From: Deferribacterales bacterium
Lineage (GTDB): Bacteria > Chrysiogenota > Deferribacteres > Deferribacterales > Geovibrionaceae
Assembly: GCA_050253075.1 (NCBI GenBank)
Contig: JBFWJS010000004.1
Span: forward strand, 96,001 to 160,000
Direction of reading: 5' to 3'
DNA length: 64,000 nt
This document shows, piece by piece, positions 1 to 10,630 of this stretch. The notes beneath the pieces are model-generated. The model searched no databases. It was not told the origin of the DNA and was given only the letters and a program-made list of their open reading frames with translations. The position numbers and the translations under genes were made by a program. Within the stretch, counting starts at the first letter, position 1; every line of letters begins with the position of its first letter.

Positions 1-1
1 C

Positions 2-457
2 GGAAAGAACCTTATCAAAACATATAACCACTACAGCCGTATCCACGAGCTGTATCTCACAGACATATCACTGATGAACTGCGTAGAGGCAGTCATCGCA
101 AGCGTCACCCCCGACGGATACGCCACGGCAAAGACCACAGGCGGAGAGACCATCGCATGCGTGCTGCTCGACAGCGATATAAAAGCCGAAGACAGCGTGA
201 ACCTCTTCATAAAACCGTCCGACATCATACTGCTGGACAGCGACAATTTTGAATCCAGCGCCAGAAACCTGCTGAAAACAAAGGTGAAATCACTGAGTAA
301 ATCAGAAGGAAAGGCAGATATAGTCCTCACTACGGATAAAGGCACGACACTCACCGTGCGCATCACTCAGCAGAGTGCCGAAAAGATGAAGATATCCAAA
401 GGGAAAGAGATTTTCGCCCTGTTCAAGACAGCTTCCGTACTAGCTGCCCACAGGTAG
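2..457 (+). CDS. ModE-family molybdate-responsive regulator, C-terminal TOBE domains (5' partial)
   Basis: Frame is open from base 2 (GKNLIKTYNHYSRIHELYL...) into ORF 74..457; contains SARNLL and ALFKTASV TOBE/Mop motifs. Confidence 0.75.
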   Translation, partial: GKNLIKTYNHYSRIHELYLTDISLMNCVEAVIASVTPDGYATAKTTGGETIACVLLDSDIKAEDSVNLFIKPSDIILLDSDNFESSARNLLKTKVKSLSKSEGKADIVLTTDKGTTLTVRITQQSAEKMKISKGKEIFALFKTASVLAAHR

Positions 458-459
458 AT

Positions 460-2574
460 CTAGAGTACTTTCAGGAATGTCACGCGGATCTTTTTCAGAC
501 CTGCGGATTTAAAGAAAACATCGGCGTTTGCACTGTCGCCCGTGCCTGAGATGGCGACGACCATCCCCTCACCAAATTTATCATGGGTCACTTTCGTTCC
601 GTTCTTTATACCGTTCACTTCCACTACTTTCTTTGTATAGGTCGGCTTTGTCGCTTTCGGCAGAGGCATGTTTGCACTCTTTGGTCTGCTGAAGCCCAGT
701 ATGCCCATTTCGTCTATGAAGACAGACCTGTTCTGAGGCATGTATTTACCGTATATCATACGTGTGGATGCATATGTCATGTGCAGATTCTGCTTAGCAC
801 GGGTAACCCCCACATAGCAGAGTCTGCGCTCTTCTTCCAGCTCGTCGGGCTCGTCCAGCGAACCGTGCAGAGGGAAAAGTCCGTTCTCCAGCCCGGTCAG
901 GAATACCGTCTCGAACTCCAGCCCCTTTGCGGAGTGTATTGTCATAAGCTGAATGCAGTTTTCAGCAGGTTCGTCAGATGATGTGGCTATCGCCGTAGCA
1001 GCTAGGAAGTCTGTAATGAGAGCATATTCGTTGCTCATCTCAAACGACACTGCGGCGTTGTAAAGTTCGTCGATGTTGCTTATACGGCGTTCGGCTTCCT
1101 GCTCGTCCTCATAGCGTTTCACATAGTCTTTATACTCTGTCATGTCTATGACGGTCTTCACCATCTCGCTTACTTTCAGACATGAGGACAGCTCGTTGAA
1201 CACGTTCAGGAACTTGCGGAATCCGTCTTTCTGCGCACCCCTTATCTGGTCGTTCATGGCATATATCGCTTCGAGTATGCTCATGCCGTTCTGGGATGCG
1301 TATTCGCCCACTTTATTTATGGTGGTGTCGCCTATGCCCCTCGGCGGAACCTTGATGGCACGTCGGAAAGATACTGAATCATATGGATTATCAAACAGCC
1401 TGAGATAGCTGAGGATGTCTTTGATCTCTCTGCGCTGATAGAATCCCACGGATCCGATGACCTTATAGGATATCCCCTCTCTGTTCAGCAGAACTTCGAA
1501 GTTTCTCGACTGTCCGTTTGTGCGGTAAAGGACGGCTATCTCGTTCGCCTTTACGCCCTCGGCGAGGTATTTATTCACCTGATCGACGACAAAATCTGCC
1601 TCGTCTGTCTCTCTGGAAACAGGGAGCACCTGCACCATCCCGCCCTCTTCACGGAAGGCGATGAGGTCTTTCCCTTTACGCAGTTTATTGTTTTTTATCA
1701 GCTTGTTCGCAGCTTGCAGTATCTGCGGGCGGCTGCGGTAGTTTTCTACGAGTCTTATTATCTTTGTCCCTTCGAATACGGTGTCGAACTCGAGGATATT
1801 GCGGATGTCCGCACCCCTCCATCCATAGATGGACTGGTCGTCGTCGCCCACCACGCAAAGATTTCCTGCATTGCCTGCGAGCAGATGGAGAAAGAGGAAC
1901 TGGATATCGTTCGTATCCTGATACTCGTCCACCAGTATGTACTGAAACAGCTCTTTGTAGTATGCCACAGTCTCGGGATGCTCTTTAAACATGCGGATGG
2001 TCAGTGCGAGCATATCGTCAAAGTCGATGAGCTTCTGATCTTTCAGACGCTGCTGATATGCGGCATATACATCGCCGAAGTGATATGTCAGCTCTTCGGG
2101 CTTCTTTCCGTCCACGTATGGACGTGTATTTTTATAAGCAGATATCATGTTCATATACTGCTTTGCGGGATATTTCTTATGGTCTATGTTCAGGTTCTTT
2201 ATGATGTCACGCAGGGTAGCCATCCTGTCGTCCTGATCGAGTATGCCGAATCCTGCTGCCAGCCCTGCCTTTTCAGGGTCACGGCGGAGCAGACGGAGGC
2301 ATATGCTGTGGAAAGTGCCTATCCAGATGTCCGCATCCTCATAGCTCACCAGCTTAAGGATACGCTCCTTCATCTCTCCTGCTGCCTTGTTTGTGAATGT
2401 AACGGCGAGGATGTTCCTCGACGGCACGCCGATATTATTTATCAGATGGGCGATGCGGTAAGTGATCACACGTGTCTTCCCCGTACCCGCACCTGCAAGA
2501 ACGAGCAGAGGCCCCTCTGTTGTGACAACGGCGTCATACTGCGCCTGATTCAGTTCGTGTTTATAATCAGGCAT
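460..2574 (-). CDS. pcrA: UvrD/PcrA superfamily 1 DNA helicase
   Basis: AGAGTGKT Walker A, VDEYQD, VGDDDQSIYGWRGA, TIHSAKGLEF, EEERRLCYVGVTRA, C-terminal Tudor-like VTHDKFGEG. Confidence 0.95.
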   Translation of the reverse strand: MPDYKHELNQAQYDAVVTTEGPLLVLAGAGTGKTRVITYRIAHLINNIGVPSRNILAVTFTNKAAGEMKERILKLVSYEDADIWIGTFHSICLRLLRRDPEKAGLAAGFGILDQDDRMATLRDIIKNLNIDHKKYPAKQYMNMISAYKNTRPYVDGKKPEELTYHFGDVYAAYQQRLKDQKLIDFDDMLALTIRMFKEHPETVAYYKELFQYILVDEYQDTNDIQFLFLHLLAGNAGNLCVVGDDDQSIYGWRGADIRNILEFDTVFEGTKIIRLVENYRSRPQILQAANKLIKNNKLRKGKDLIAFREEGGMVQVLPVSRETDEADFVVDQVNKYLAEGVKANEIAVLYRTNGQSRNFEVLLNREGISYKVIGSVGFYQRREIKDILSYLRLFDNPYDSVSFRRAIKVPPRGIGDTTINKVGEYASQNGMSILEAIYAMNDQIRGAQKDGFRKFLNVFNELSSCLKVSEMVKTVIDMTEYKDYVKRYEDEQEAERRISNIDELYNAAVSFEMSNEYALITDFLAATAIATSSDEPAENCIQLMTIHSAKGLEFETVFLTGLENGLFPLHGSLDEPDELEEERRLCYVGVTRAKQNLHMTYASTRMIYGKYMPQNRSVFIDEMGILGFSRPKSANMPLPKATKPTYTKKVVEVNGIKNGTKVTHDKFGEGMVVAISGTGDSANADVFFKSAGLKKIRVTFLKVL

Positions 2575-4321
2575 CCGCCACCTTCATACTTGCTATTGTT
2601 TTGTTATACTGCATGATGATGTCGCCCCTCTTGAGGAGTCCTTTCAGCACCATCCTGCCGTCTTCTATCTCTATAACGGGGAGAGCCCCGAGGTCTTTTA
2701 TACCCAGCTTTTCCGTAGCAGTGAGGAGAGTATCCCCCTCTGTCACGTATATCAGCTTTTCTCTGGTGCATATCTCGCCTGCGACGACGATATCCTCCAG
2801 CCCTTCTTCGAAAATTATCTCACGGATATTGTCCAGAGACAGCATCCCCACAAGGTATCCCTCGCTGCTGAGAACGGGGAAGTATGTGTGGTTAGCCAGC
2901 TTCACGCTTTCGAGCACCTGACGGAAAGGCGTGTCTTCTCTGAATGTTGTCACATCCTTCATCATAACGTCGCCCACATGGAGCTTCTCCAGCACAGATT
3001 CCTCTGCGCCCTTTCGGATGCGCACGCCCTGCTTTGTCAGTATCCACGTAAATATGGACTCCTTCTCCAGCCATCCCGCAAAGATATTGGCGACTATCGC
3101 CGTCATCATAAGGGGGAGTATGACAGTGTAGCTCTGGGTGATCTCGAAGATGATGAGCATAGCAGTAAGGGGTGCCCTGATAGTAGCGGCGAGCATTGCG
3201 CTCATAGCCACCAGGCCATATGCACCGGGGCCGCCCGTCATGGTAGGGAATATGAGGTTGACCAGCCAGCCGAAGAATCCGCCTGTGGCTGCACCTATGT
3301 AAAGCGAAGGAACGAACAGACCGCCCGAACCGCCCGAACCGAGGGTCAGGGATGTCGCTATTATTTTAAGGAAAACGAGTATAATGAGGAAAAAGCCCGT
3401 CTCGTGACGGAGGATAGAGTCTATCGTGTCGTATCCGACCCCCATTACATCACGGGAGGCGAGAGCCACACAGCCCATAAGCAGACCGCCCACGGCAGGC
3501 TTCAGCCAGCTGGGGAGTGCCATAGACTCAAACTTTTCCTCGAATCTGTAGAATGTACGTATAAATATGACACCGATAAATGCACAGAGCATGCCCATTA
3601 TGGCGTAAAGGGGGAGCTCAAAGATGCTGTGTATGATATATTCGGGTGCTTCAAATGTGAGATGGTCGCCGATGTATGCTCTGGAGACCACGGTTGCGAT
3701 AACGGATGATATGATTATCGGGCTGAATGTCTTAAGCCCGAATTCGCCGAGGAGAACCTCCGCAGCAAACATCGCACCGCCTATGGGAGCGTTGAACGTC
3801 GCCGCCAAACCGCCCGCAGCACCGCATGCCACGACAGTCTTCATTCTGGATGATGAAAAGTTGAAAACCTTCCCCACGCCTGAGCCGATAGCTGCGCCTA
3901 TCTGTACGATGGGACCCTCACGTCCGGCAGAACCGCCTGTTCCCAGTGTGATGGCGGAGGAAACTGCCTTTATGATGGCTATAGCGGGGGATATGCTCCT
4001 GTTCAGAGCAATCGCTTTTATAACATCAGGCACGCCGTGCCCTTTTGCGAATTTGAACATTATGGATATGAACCCCACCATGAGACCGCCGACGGCAGGG
4101 ACAAGGACTATCTTATAAACAGGGGCTGCCTTTAAAGCATCGAGAACGTATTCGCTCTTTGTACCATAGAAAAGATCCTGTACAAAGGCGATGAGGAAAC
4201 GGAAAACAAGGTTTCCGTAGCCTGCGCACACGCCGACAAGCACCGCGATTAAGACCATGTAGAGGTCGTCGTGGCGGTTTAAAAAAGACTTCAGGCTGTT
4301 TCGCGCGCTGTTTACGTTCAT
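2567..4321 (-). CDS. ClC chloride channel/antiporter with CBS domains
   Basis: GHGVP, GREGP, GLFVP signature motifs; C-terminal CBS pair; start moved to ATG at 4321. Confidence 0.92.
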   Translation of the reverse strand: MNVNSARNSLKSFLNRHDDLYMVLIAVLVGVCAGYGNLVFRFLIAFVQDLFYGTKSEYVLDALKAAPVYKIVLVPAVGGLMVGFISIMFKFAKGHGVPDVIKAIALNRSISPAIAIIKAVSSAITLGTGGSAGREGPIVQIGAAIGSGVGKVFNFSSSRMKTVVACGAAGGLAATFNAPIGGAMFAAEVLLGEFGLKTFSPIIISSVIATVVSRAYIGDHLTFEAPEYIIHSIFELPLYAIMGMLCAFIGVIFIRTFYRFEEKFESMALPSWLKPAVGGLLMGCVALASRDVMGVGYDTIDSILRHETGFFLIILVFLKIIATSLTLGSGGSGGLFVPSLYIGAATGGFFGWLVNLIFPTMTGGPGAYGLVAMSAMLAATIRAPLTAMLIIFEITQSYTVILPLMMTAIVANIFAGWLEKESIFTWILTKQGVRIRKGAEESVLEKLHVGDVMMKDVTTFREDTPFRQVLESVKLANHTYFPVLSSEGYLVGMLSLDNIREIIFEEGLEDIVVAGEICTREKLIYVTEGDTLLTATEKLGIKDLGALPVIEIEDGRMVLKGLLKRGDIIMQYNKTIASMKVADA

Positions 4322-4391
4322 CTTATTCACTTCTTTAAATAAAGGCAACGTATCGGTTTAAACCATTAGGACTGATGTGTCAAGGATGGAA

Positions 4392-4934
4392 CTACTTTTT
4401 GCCCAAATAGGCTTTGTAAGCCCCAAAACAAGCTATGGATATGCTGTGCACTATGCGTCCGTCGAGTATCATCTCCGCCACTTCTTCGACGGTGAATTCC
4501 ACAGGCTCTATATCCTCGAACGGGTCGAGGTTCTGCCCGCCGGTCTTTTCACAGTTTTCAGCCAGATAAGTATAGCAGATGTTGTCCATGAAAGCGGGGT
4601 TGGGCGACATTTCGCACAGGGCGGAGAAATCTCCGGAAAAGCCTGTCTCCTCCGAAAGCTCCCTTTGTGCTCCTTCCATAGGGTTTTCGCCCTCTTCCAG
4701 TGCGCCTCCGGGGAACTCGTATGCCACTTCCTGTGTGCCCACACGGTACTGCTTCACCAGCACCATTTTTCCATCTTTTGTGACGGGGACGATGACCGCC
4801 CAGTTGCGCATCTTCACAACGGTGAATGTGCCTGTGCTGTCATTCTTTTTAAAGTGAAAATTCCTGTGCTCCACACGAAGCACAGGGTCTGTATATACTG
4901 TCTTACTTCCGGTCAGGGTCCAGTTTTCTTTCAT
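4392..4934 (-). CDS. NUDIX hydrolase (ADP-ribose pyrophosphatase-like)
   Basis: Nudix box GALEEGENPMEGAQRELSEETG; KQYR motif. Confidence 0.9.
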   Translation of the reverse strand: MKENWTLTGSKTVYTDPVLRVEHRNFHFKKNDSTGTFTVVKMRNWAVIVPVTKDGKMVLVKQYRVGTQEVAYEFPGGALEEGENPMEGAQRELSEETGFSGDFSALCEMSPNPAFMDNICYTYLAENCEKTGGQNLDPFEDIEPVEFTVEEVAEMILDGRIVHSISIACFGAYKAYLGKK

Positions 4935-5272
4935 TAAAGGATAAGACCCGAACCGCCGCCCTGCTGTCCGCCTCCGCCGAAGCCGTTCATGCTTGGGGCT
5001 CTTCTGATGTTTGTCTTTGTCTCTATATATTTATCTGCGAGGTCTGTCGGTACTTCTTTAAACTCGAAGAGGACATTAGCCAGAGCTATCTCGCCCCTGA
5101 CCTCATCCTCGAAAGGAAAGCCGAAAGGCACGATGGCGATCTGCATGCCGCCTGTCTGTGTCGGCATTACCTGAACCTGACAGATATTCCTTACAACGCC
5201 TGCTTCGGCATCTTTTTCAGCGAGGATCATTTCGCCCGATACGAGTTTCGCAAATACTATTTTATCACTCAT
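4934..5272 (-). CDS. Hypothetical protein, possibly Sm-like fold
   Basis: GGAG RBS upstream; stop overlaps the NUDIX start; KLVSGE motif. Confidence 0.7.
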   Translation of the reverse strand: MSDKIVFAKLVSGEMILAEKDAEAGVVRNICQVQVMPTQTGGMQIAIVPFGFPFEDEVRGEIALANVLFEFKEVPTDLADKYIETKTNIRRAPSMNGFGGGGQQGGGSGLIL

Positions 5273-5300
5273 TTATATATGCTCCTTTACTTATATCTAA

Positions 5301-5379
5301 GTCACTCTGAACGTATGTGAAGAGTCCGGGGACGGTATTTCAGCGTCGGGCTGAGTTCCTTCGCAGGGCTCAGGATGGC
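5301..5379. repeat. Intergenic GTCAY...RTGRC palindromic repeat (REP-like), degenerate
   Basis: GTCACTCTGAAC...GCTCAGGATGGC; same family as the copies at 26700 and 37462. Confidence 0.6.
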
Positions 5380-5552
5380 GACGGGTGGAAAGTTAGCCGC
5401 ATGACTTTCATACGTGTAATAAATGCACTTCTGTTTAATATAGTAAAAAAAATATTAGTTCAATATGTTTCTATAAACATATGAGGCATAAAGCCTAATC
5501 ATATTTTGTGAGTAAAATTGCTGTCAGATGGGAAAAAATGAGCTTTTTCTTA

Positions 5553-5581
5553 TTGACTTTGTGTCGCTTAGGTTTTATTAA
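5553..5581 (+). promoter_or_regulatory. Putative sigma70 promoter for the ferredoxin gene
   Basis: TTGACT-17bp-TATTAA. Confidence 0.45.
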
Positions 5582-5611
5582 ACCAAGAGTAAGACTAACG
5601 GAGGTGCTATT

Positions 5612-5779
5612 ATGGCTTACACAATTAACGATAGCTGCACAAACTGCGGCGTATGTGAAGATGAGTGTCCAGTAGGCGCTATCACTGAAGGTGATGATGT
5701 AAGAGTTATCGATGGCGATACCTGCACAGACTGCGGCGCTTGCGCTGAAGTTTGCCCAGTTGATGCAATCGATGCTTAA
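5612..5779 (+). CDS. fdx: 2[4Fe-4S] ferredoxin, 55 aa (not in ORF track)
   Basis: GGAGG RBS; MAYTINDSCTNCGVCEDECPVGAITEGDDVRVIDGDTCTDCGACAEVCPVDAIDA with two CxxCxxCxxxCP motifs. Confidence 0.97.
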   Translation: MAYTINDSCTNCGVCEDECPVGAITEGDDVRVIDGDTCTDCGACAEVCPVDAIDA

Positions 5780-5808
5780 TTAATCTGGCAACAACTAACT
5801 TTTAATAT

Positions 5809-5836
5809 AGCCCTGTGCTTACAGGGCTTTATTTTT
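5809..5836 (+). terminator. Intrinsic terminator after ferredoxin
   Basis: AGCCCTGT-GCTT-ACAGGGCT followed by a T-rich tract. Confidence 0.75.
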
Positions 5837-5865
5837 AAATATAAATACTACAAGGATACTAGGAT

Positions 5866-6528
5866 ATGAGCATTCTTAAAACACTGAAAGAGGAGATCGA
5901 CACCGTTTTTGAAAGAGACCCCGCTGCGAAAAGCAAGATGGAGGTTATCTTCTGTTATCCGGGCTTTCACGCTATCCTTTTTTACCGTACTGCTCATTGG
6001 CTTTGGGTTCGTAAATTCTATTTTCTGGGAAGGTTTACTTCGCACCTCGGCAGGTTCTTCACAGGGATAGAGATACACCCCGGTGCCACCATCGGCAAAC
6101 GCTTCTTCATCGACCACGGTATGGGTGTGGTGATAGGCGAGACAGCAGAGATAGGCAACGACGTTACGCTTTATCACGGGGTTACCCTCGGCGGCGTCAG
6201 CCTTGAAAAGGTGAAGCGTCACCCCACCATCGAGGACAATGTCGTCGTCGGTTCGGGCGCAAAGGTTCTCGGACCTTTCACCGTGAAAAAAGGCGCAAAG
6301 ATCGGTTCCAACTCCGTAGTAGTAAAAGAAGTGCCTGAGGATGCCACTGTGGTCGGCATCCCCGGTAAGATCGTCAAAGGTGCAGACGACCGCAAGAGCT
6401 TTGACCACAACAAGCTCCCCGACCCCGTAGCAAGAGCCATCACAGACATGGCCACACGTATGTGCTATATGGAAGCGGAGATAAACGAACTCAGAAAAAA
6501 ACTTAAAAATTATGAAGATAACGACTAA
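5866..6528 (+). CDS. cysE: Serine O-acetyltransferase
   Basis: [39 protein letters not shown]. Confidence 0.96.
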   Translation: MSILKTLKEEIDTVFERDPAAKSKMEVIFCYPGFHAILFYRTAHWLWVRKFYFLGRFTSHLGRFFTGIEIHPGATIGKRFFIDHGMGVVIGETAEIGNDVTLYHGVTLGGVSLEKVKRHPTIEDNVVVGSGAKVLGPFTVKKGAKIGSNSVVVKEVPEDATVVGIPGKIVKGADDRKSFDHNKLPDPVARAITDMATRMCYMEAEINELRKKLKNYEDND

Positions 6529-6943
6529 GAGCAGGTACGCTATACGCTCCATATTCGCCCTGGTTTTAATGGGCGGAGACGAGCGTCCCATAGCCCTGAC
6601 ACAGATAGCCGAGCATGAAGACATCAGCAGAAAGTATCTCGAGCAGATATTCATAAAGCTGAAAAAGGCAGGCATAGTCGAGGGCTCCAGAGGAGCACAG
6701 GGCGGATATATGCTGGCGAGATCACCCGAAAGCATAAGGCTGAAAGAGGTGATATACGCCATGGACGGCCCTGTGAAAATATCCGACTGCACACAGGAGG
6801 AGACATGCGACAACTTCTCATCCTGCGGGATAAACTGGCTGTGGAGCGGACTGAAAGAAACAGTAGATAACTATCTGGATAATATAACAATACAAGACCT
6901 AAAACGTCAGGCCTTTGGAGGAAAAGATGTCAATCTATCTTGA
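6512..6943 (+). CDS. Rrf2-family regulator (IscR/CymR-like)
   Basis: [24 protein letters not shown]-x5-C-x5-C putative Fe-S ligands. Confidence 0.92.
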   Translation: MKITTKSRYAIRSIFALVLMGGDERPIALTQIAEHEDISRKYLEQIFIKLKKAGIVEGSRGAQGGYMLARSPESIRLKEVIYAMDGPVKISDCTQEETCDNFSSCGINWLWSGLKETVDNYLDNITIQDLKRQAFGGKDVNLS

Positions 6944-8084
6944 CTACAGTGCTACAACACCTATGGACCCCGCTGTTTTCGAGGCAATGAAACCTTATTT
7001 TGTTGAAAAGTTCGCAAACCCTTCAAGCATCCACTCAATGGGACGCGAGATAAGAGAGGATGTCGAAGCGGCCAGAGCAACAGTGGCAAAGTCTATCGGA
7101 GCCGAGGCACACGAGATAATCTTTACCGGAAGCGGTACAATAGCAGATAATATGGCAGTTCGCACAACGGCAGAGCTGTTTAAAAATAAAGGAAAACACA
7201 TCATCACATCCGCCATCGAGCACAAGGCTATCCTTGAGAGCTGTCATGTGCTGGAGGAGCAGGGATTCGAGGTGACTTACCTCCCCGTAGAGCCGAACGG
7301 CATAGTGCCCCTTCAGGCGGTGAAAGATGCTATCCGTGAGGATACCATCCTCGTATCAGTGATGCTGGTGAACAACGAGATAGGTACAATCCAGCCCATC
7401 AGAGAGATCGCAGAGATAGCCAAACCAAAGGGCATCATCGTGCATACAGACGCCGTGCAGGCAATGGGCAAGATGAAGATAGACGTGGGCGAGCTCGGCG
7501 TTGACCTGCTCACCATATCAGGACATAAGCTCTGCGGACCGAAAGGCATCGGCGTACTCTACATAGACGAAAACCTTAAAGAAGACTTCAAACCGCTCAT
7601 CGTGGGCGGAGCGCAGGAATTCGGCCTCCATGCCGGTACAGAAGCAGTCCAGAACATCATAGGACTCGCCAAAGCCTGCGAGCTCATCATGGCAAACCTT
7701 GAAAATGAAAAAGCCCATATCAAAAACCTCCGTGACCTCTTTGAAAAAAGACTGATCGAGGAAGTGGGCGACGTGAACATAAACGGCGACAGAGAAAAGC
7801 GTGTCTGCTCCGTGTCTAACCTCGCATTCAGATACATCGAGGCAGAGGCACTTATGATATACGCAGAGGAAGTCTGCTGCTCGACAGGGAGCGCATGCTC
7901 ATCCGAAAGCGTAGACGCATCACACGTGCTTTACGCCATCGGCGTAGACCCTGTGGATCTCCACGGTGCTATCAGATTCAGCTTCGGACGTTTCAACACG
8001 GAGGAAGAAGTGAACAGAGCCGTAGACATCATCAAAGACAGCGTAATAAAACTGAGAGCTATGTCTCCCCTTATAAATAAATAG
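6927..8084 (+). CDS. iscS: Cysteine desulfurase (IscS/NifS)
   Basis: [16 protein letters not shown] lysine, STGSACSS; start at ATG 6927 after GGAGG. Confidence 0.93.
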   Translation: MSIYLDYSATTPMDPAVFEAMKPYFVEKFANPSSIHSMGREIREDVEAARATVAKSIGAEAHEIIFTGSGTIADNMAVRTTAELFKNKGKHIITSAIEHKAILESCHVLEEQGFEVTYLPVEPNGIVPLQAVKDAIREDTILVSVMLVNNEIGTIQPIREIAEIAKPKGIIVHTDAVQAMGKMKIDVGELGVDLLTISGHKLCGPKGIGVLYIDENLKEDFKPLIVGGAQEFGLHAGTEAVQNIIGLAKACELIMANLENEKAHIKNLRDLFEKRLIEEVGDVNINGDREKRVCSVSNLAFRYIEAEALMIYAEEVCCSTGSACSSESVDASHVLYAIGVDPVDLHGAIRFSFGRFNTEEEVNRAVDIIKDSVIKLRAMSPLINK

Positions 8085-8112
8085 TGTATACTGCTGTTTA
8101 TTAAGGTGAGAA

Positions 8113-9258
8113 ATGACTGATAATTCGAATTACAAGAGGACAGCATTTTTACTGTCCTCTTTTTTCTTTCTGCACTATGCCACACTGGGCATCATATTCC
8201 CCTTCACAGGATACTATTTTAAGCTGGCGGGCTTTTCAGGTACGGAGATAGGCATATTCCTGTCCATCTTCCCACTTGTAAAGTTTCTGCTGACAGCCAG
8301 ATGGCTTCACTTCTTTTCAAAGGTGAAGAATAAGAATCTATTCGTGGCAGCCTGCGTGGTGATATCCACCTTCGCCATATTTCCACTGACACTGACAAAC
8401 AACAGGCTCCTCGTGGGTCTGATACTCTTCATATTCTCTGTCACACGCACGGGCGTTATCCCCGTCATAGACAGCATAGCCGTGTCGATGGACTCACACA
8501 TCCCATACGGCAGGATACGTCTCTTCGGCTCCATAGGCTTCATATGCACATCCATCATCGGCGGTATGCTGATGGACAAGATCGGCCCCAGCGCATTCGT
8601 ATGGACATACACGGCAGCAGGTCTCCTCGCCGCCGTGCCCGCTTTCCTCACTGATTATTCAGGAGATTTCCTGAAACCTCGGTCAAAGGCGGAGCGGAAG
8701 CTGACGCCTGAGCTGGCAGTATTCTTCCTCGGGGTGACGGTATACCTCACCTCTTTCGGATTCCTCAGCAACTTTTTCAATATCAAGGTGTCCGAGGCGG
8801 GTTACTCACAAACGTGGGCAGGCTATATGTGGTCCATAGGCGTGTTGACTGAGATAGTCTTCCTTTATAATCAGGAGATAATACTGAAGATGTTCCGTGT
8901 GAAGACACTGCTCGCCCTTTCGATGTTTATGGCGGGTGTGCGGTATCTTGTCACGGGATATACGGATTCCCTCCTTGTGCTTTGCATATTTTCCACTTTT
9001 AACGGATTTGCCTACGGAGGCGTACACATCGCCATCATGAGATATATAAGGCGCTATGTCCCCGACAGGCTGAAGCTGAAGGCGCAGGGGATGTATTCAG
9101 GCTTTGGATACGGGCTGGGAACCATCATCGGATCGCTGATATCGGGCATAGTATACGACATCAGCGGTATTCAGGCAGTGTTCGCCGCATCTTTTGTTTT
9201 GTGTACGGCTGCAGCTATGATAATATACTTCTTAACAGGTAAGACCGAAGAGGCATAA
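8113..9258 (+). CDS. MFS transporter
   Basis: About 12 hydrophobic segments; YGRIRLFGSIGF motif. Confidence 0.88.
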   Translation: MTDNSNYKRTAFLLSSFFFLHYATLGIIFPFTGYYFKLAGFSGTEIGIFLSIFPLVKFLLTARWLHFFSKVKNKNLFVAACVVISTFAIFPLTLTNNRLLVGLILFIFSVTRTGVIPVIDSIAVSMDSHIPYGRIRLFGSIGFICTSIIGGMLMDKIGPSAFVWTYTAAGLLAAVPAFLTDYSGDFLKPRSKAERKLTPELAVFFLGVTVYLTSFGFLSNFFNIKVSEAGYSQTWAGYMWSIGVLTEIVFLYNQEIILKMFRVKTLLALSMFMAGVRYLVTGYTDSLLVLCIFSTFNGFAYGGVHIAIMRYIRRYVPDRLKLKAQGMYSGFGYGLGTIIGSLISGIVYDISGIQAVFAASFVLCTAAAMIIYFLTGKTEEA

Positions 9259-9522
9259 ATGAGCACTACCAGTCAGAAGACTGCAAAACTTTTGGAAGAG
9301 CTGGAGGCTGTCGCCACAAAGCTCGATATAAAGCTGCGCTATGAAGTGACAAAAGCGAGGGGCGGGCTGTGCACCGTGGACGGACAGCTCATGTTCATCC
9401 TCGACAGGAAATCGTCCAAAGAATACAAGCTGCTCATGCTGGCCCGTGCCGTTAAAGAATTCGACATTTCCGACATATACATCAGCCCGAAGCTGAGAGA
9501 ATTCCTCGATGAAGAAAGCTGA
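9259..9522 (+). CDS. Hypothetical protein
   Basis: Abuts upstream stop, overlaps nth start; GGLCTVDG motif. Confidence 0.75.
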   Translation: MSTTSQKTAKLLEELEAVATKLDIKLRYEVTKARGGLCTVDGQLMFILDRKSSKEYKLLMLARAVKEFDISDIYISPKLREFLDEES

Positions 9523-10168
9523 TATCCATAAGGTATACGACATCCTCGAAGACGTTTATAAAAACATGGAGGAGCCGTCCGTAACCAAGATATCCAAACA
9601 GACAAAGCGTGACCCTTTCCGTGTGCTGGTGAGCTGTCTCATATCTCTCCGCACAAAGGACGAGGTGACACTCGAGGCTTCAACACGCCTCTTTGCCAAA
9701 GCAGACAACCCCGCAGACATGCTGAAACTCTCCGAAGAGGAGATAGGCAGGCTGATATATCCTGCGGGATTTTATAAAACCAAAGCCGTGACAATCACAA
9801 ACATATGCAGGATATTACTGGACGAATACGACGGGAAAGTCCCCGATGAGATAGACGAGCTGCTCAAGCTGAAAGGCGTGGGGAGAAAAACTGCTAACCT
9901 TGTGGTTGTGGAGGGGTACGGACGTGACGCCATCTGCGTGGACACACACGTACACCGCATCTTTAACCGTCTGGGGTATGTGAAAACAAAGAACCCCGAC
10001 AAAACAGAGATGGAGCTGCGCAGGATACTGCCTCAGAAATACTGGATACGCATCAATGAGATATTGGTGTCCTACGGACGAGAGATATGTAAGCCCGTAT
10101 CGCCCCATTGTTCAACTTGCAGATTGTCCGAAATATGTGATAAGGTCTCTGTAGACAAGCGGAGGTAG
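9509..10168 (+). CDS. nth: Endonuclease III
   Basis: Hh[17 protein letters not shown]-x6-C-x2-C-x5-C. Confidence 0.95.
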   Translation: MKKADIHKVYDILEDVYKNMEEPSVTKISKQTKRDPFRVLVSCLISLRTKDEVTLEASTRLFAKADNPADMLKLSEEEIGRLIYPAGFYKTKAVTITNICRILLDEYDGKVPDEIDELLKLKGVGRKTANLVVVEGYGRDAICVDTHVHRIFNRLGYVKTKNPDKTEMELRRILPQKYWIRINEILVSYGREICKPVSPHCSTCRLSEICDKVSVDKRR

Positions 10169-10174
10169 CACTTT

Positions 10175-10630
10175 ATGCGTGGTCAGATAGACGAAAAAGA
10201 CAGACAGATACTCAACCTTCTGATGGAAAATGCACGGATATCCTATGCCGATATAGCAAAGGCAGTGGGTATGAAATCCCCCTCCGTGATAGACCGCATA
10301 AAAAGGCTGGAGCAGATAGGCATCATAAAGGGCTACAGCGCAGACATAGACTATAAAAAACTCGGCGACGACATCAACGCCTTCATCGGCGTCTCCATAG
10401 ACAACGCAAAGCACATCGAGGAATTCGAGCAGCAGCTCAAAGACATCGACCCCGACGTAATCGACTGCCACCACGTGACAGGCGACTACACATTCCTCAT
10501 CAGCGTCACCACCAGAAATACTCAGTCCCTCAGCAGCATCATCAAAAAGATAAGGAACGTGAGCGGTGTGGACAAGACAAACACCATGCTCATCTTCTCT
10601 ACCCTGATGGATAGAAAAAGACAGGTATGA
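10175..10630 (+). CDS. Lrp/AsnC-family regulator
   Basis: IDEKDRQILNLLMENARISY, VTGDY. Confidence 0.93.
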   Translation: MRGQIDEKDRQILNLLMENARISYADIAKAVGMKSPSVIDRIKRLEQIGIIKGYSADIDYKKLGDDINAFIGVSIDNAKHIEEFEQQLKDIDPDVIDCHHVTGDYTFLISVTTRNTQSLSSIIKKIRNVSGVDKTNTMLIFSTLMDRKRQV

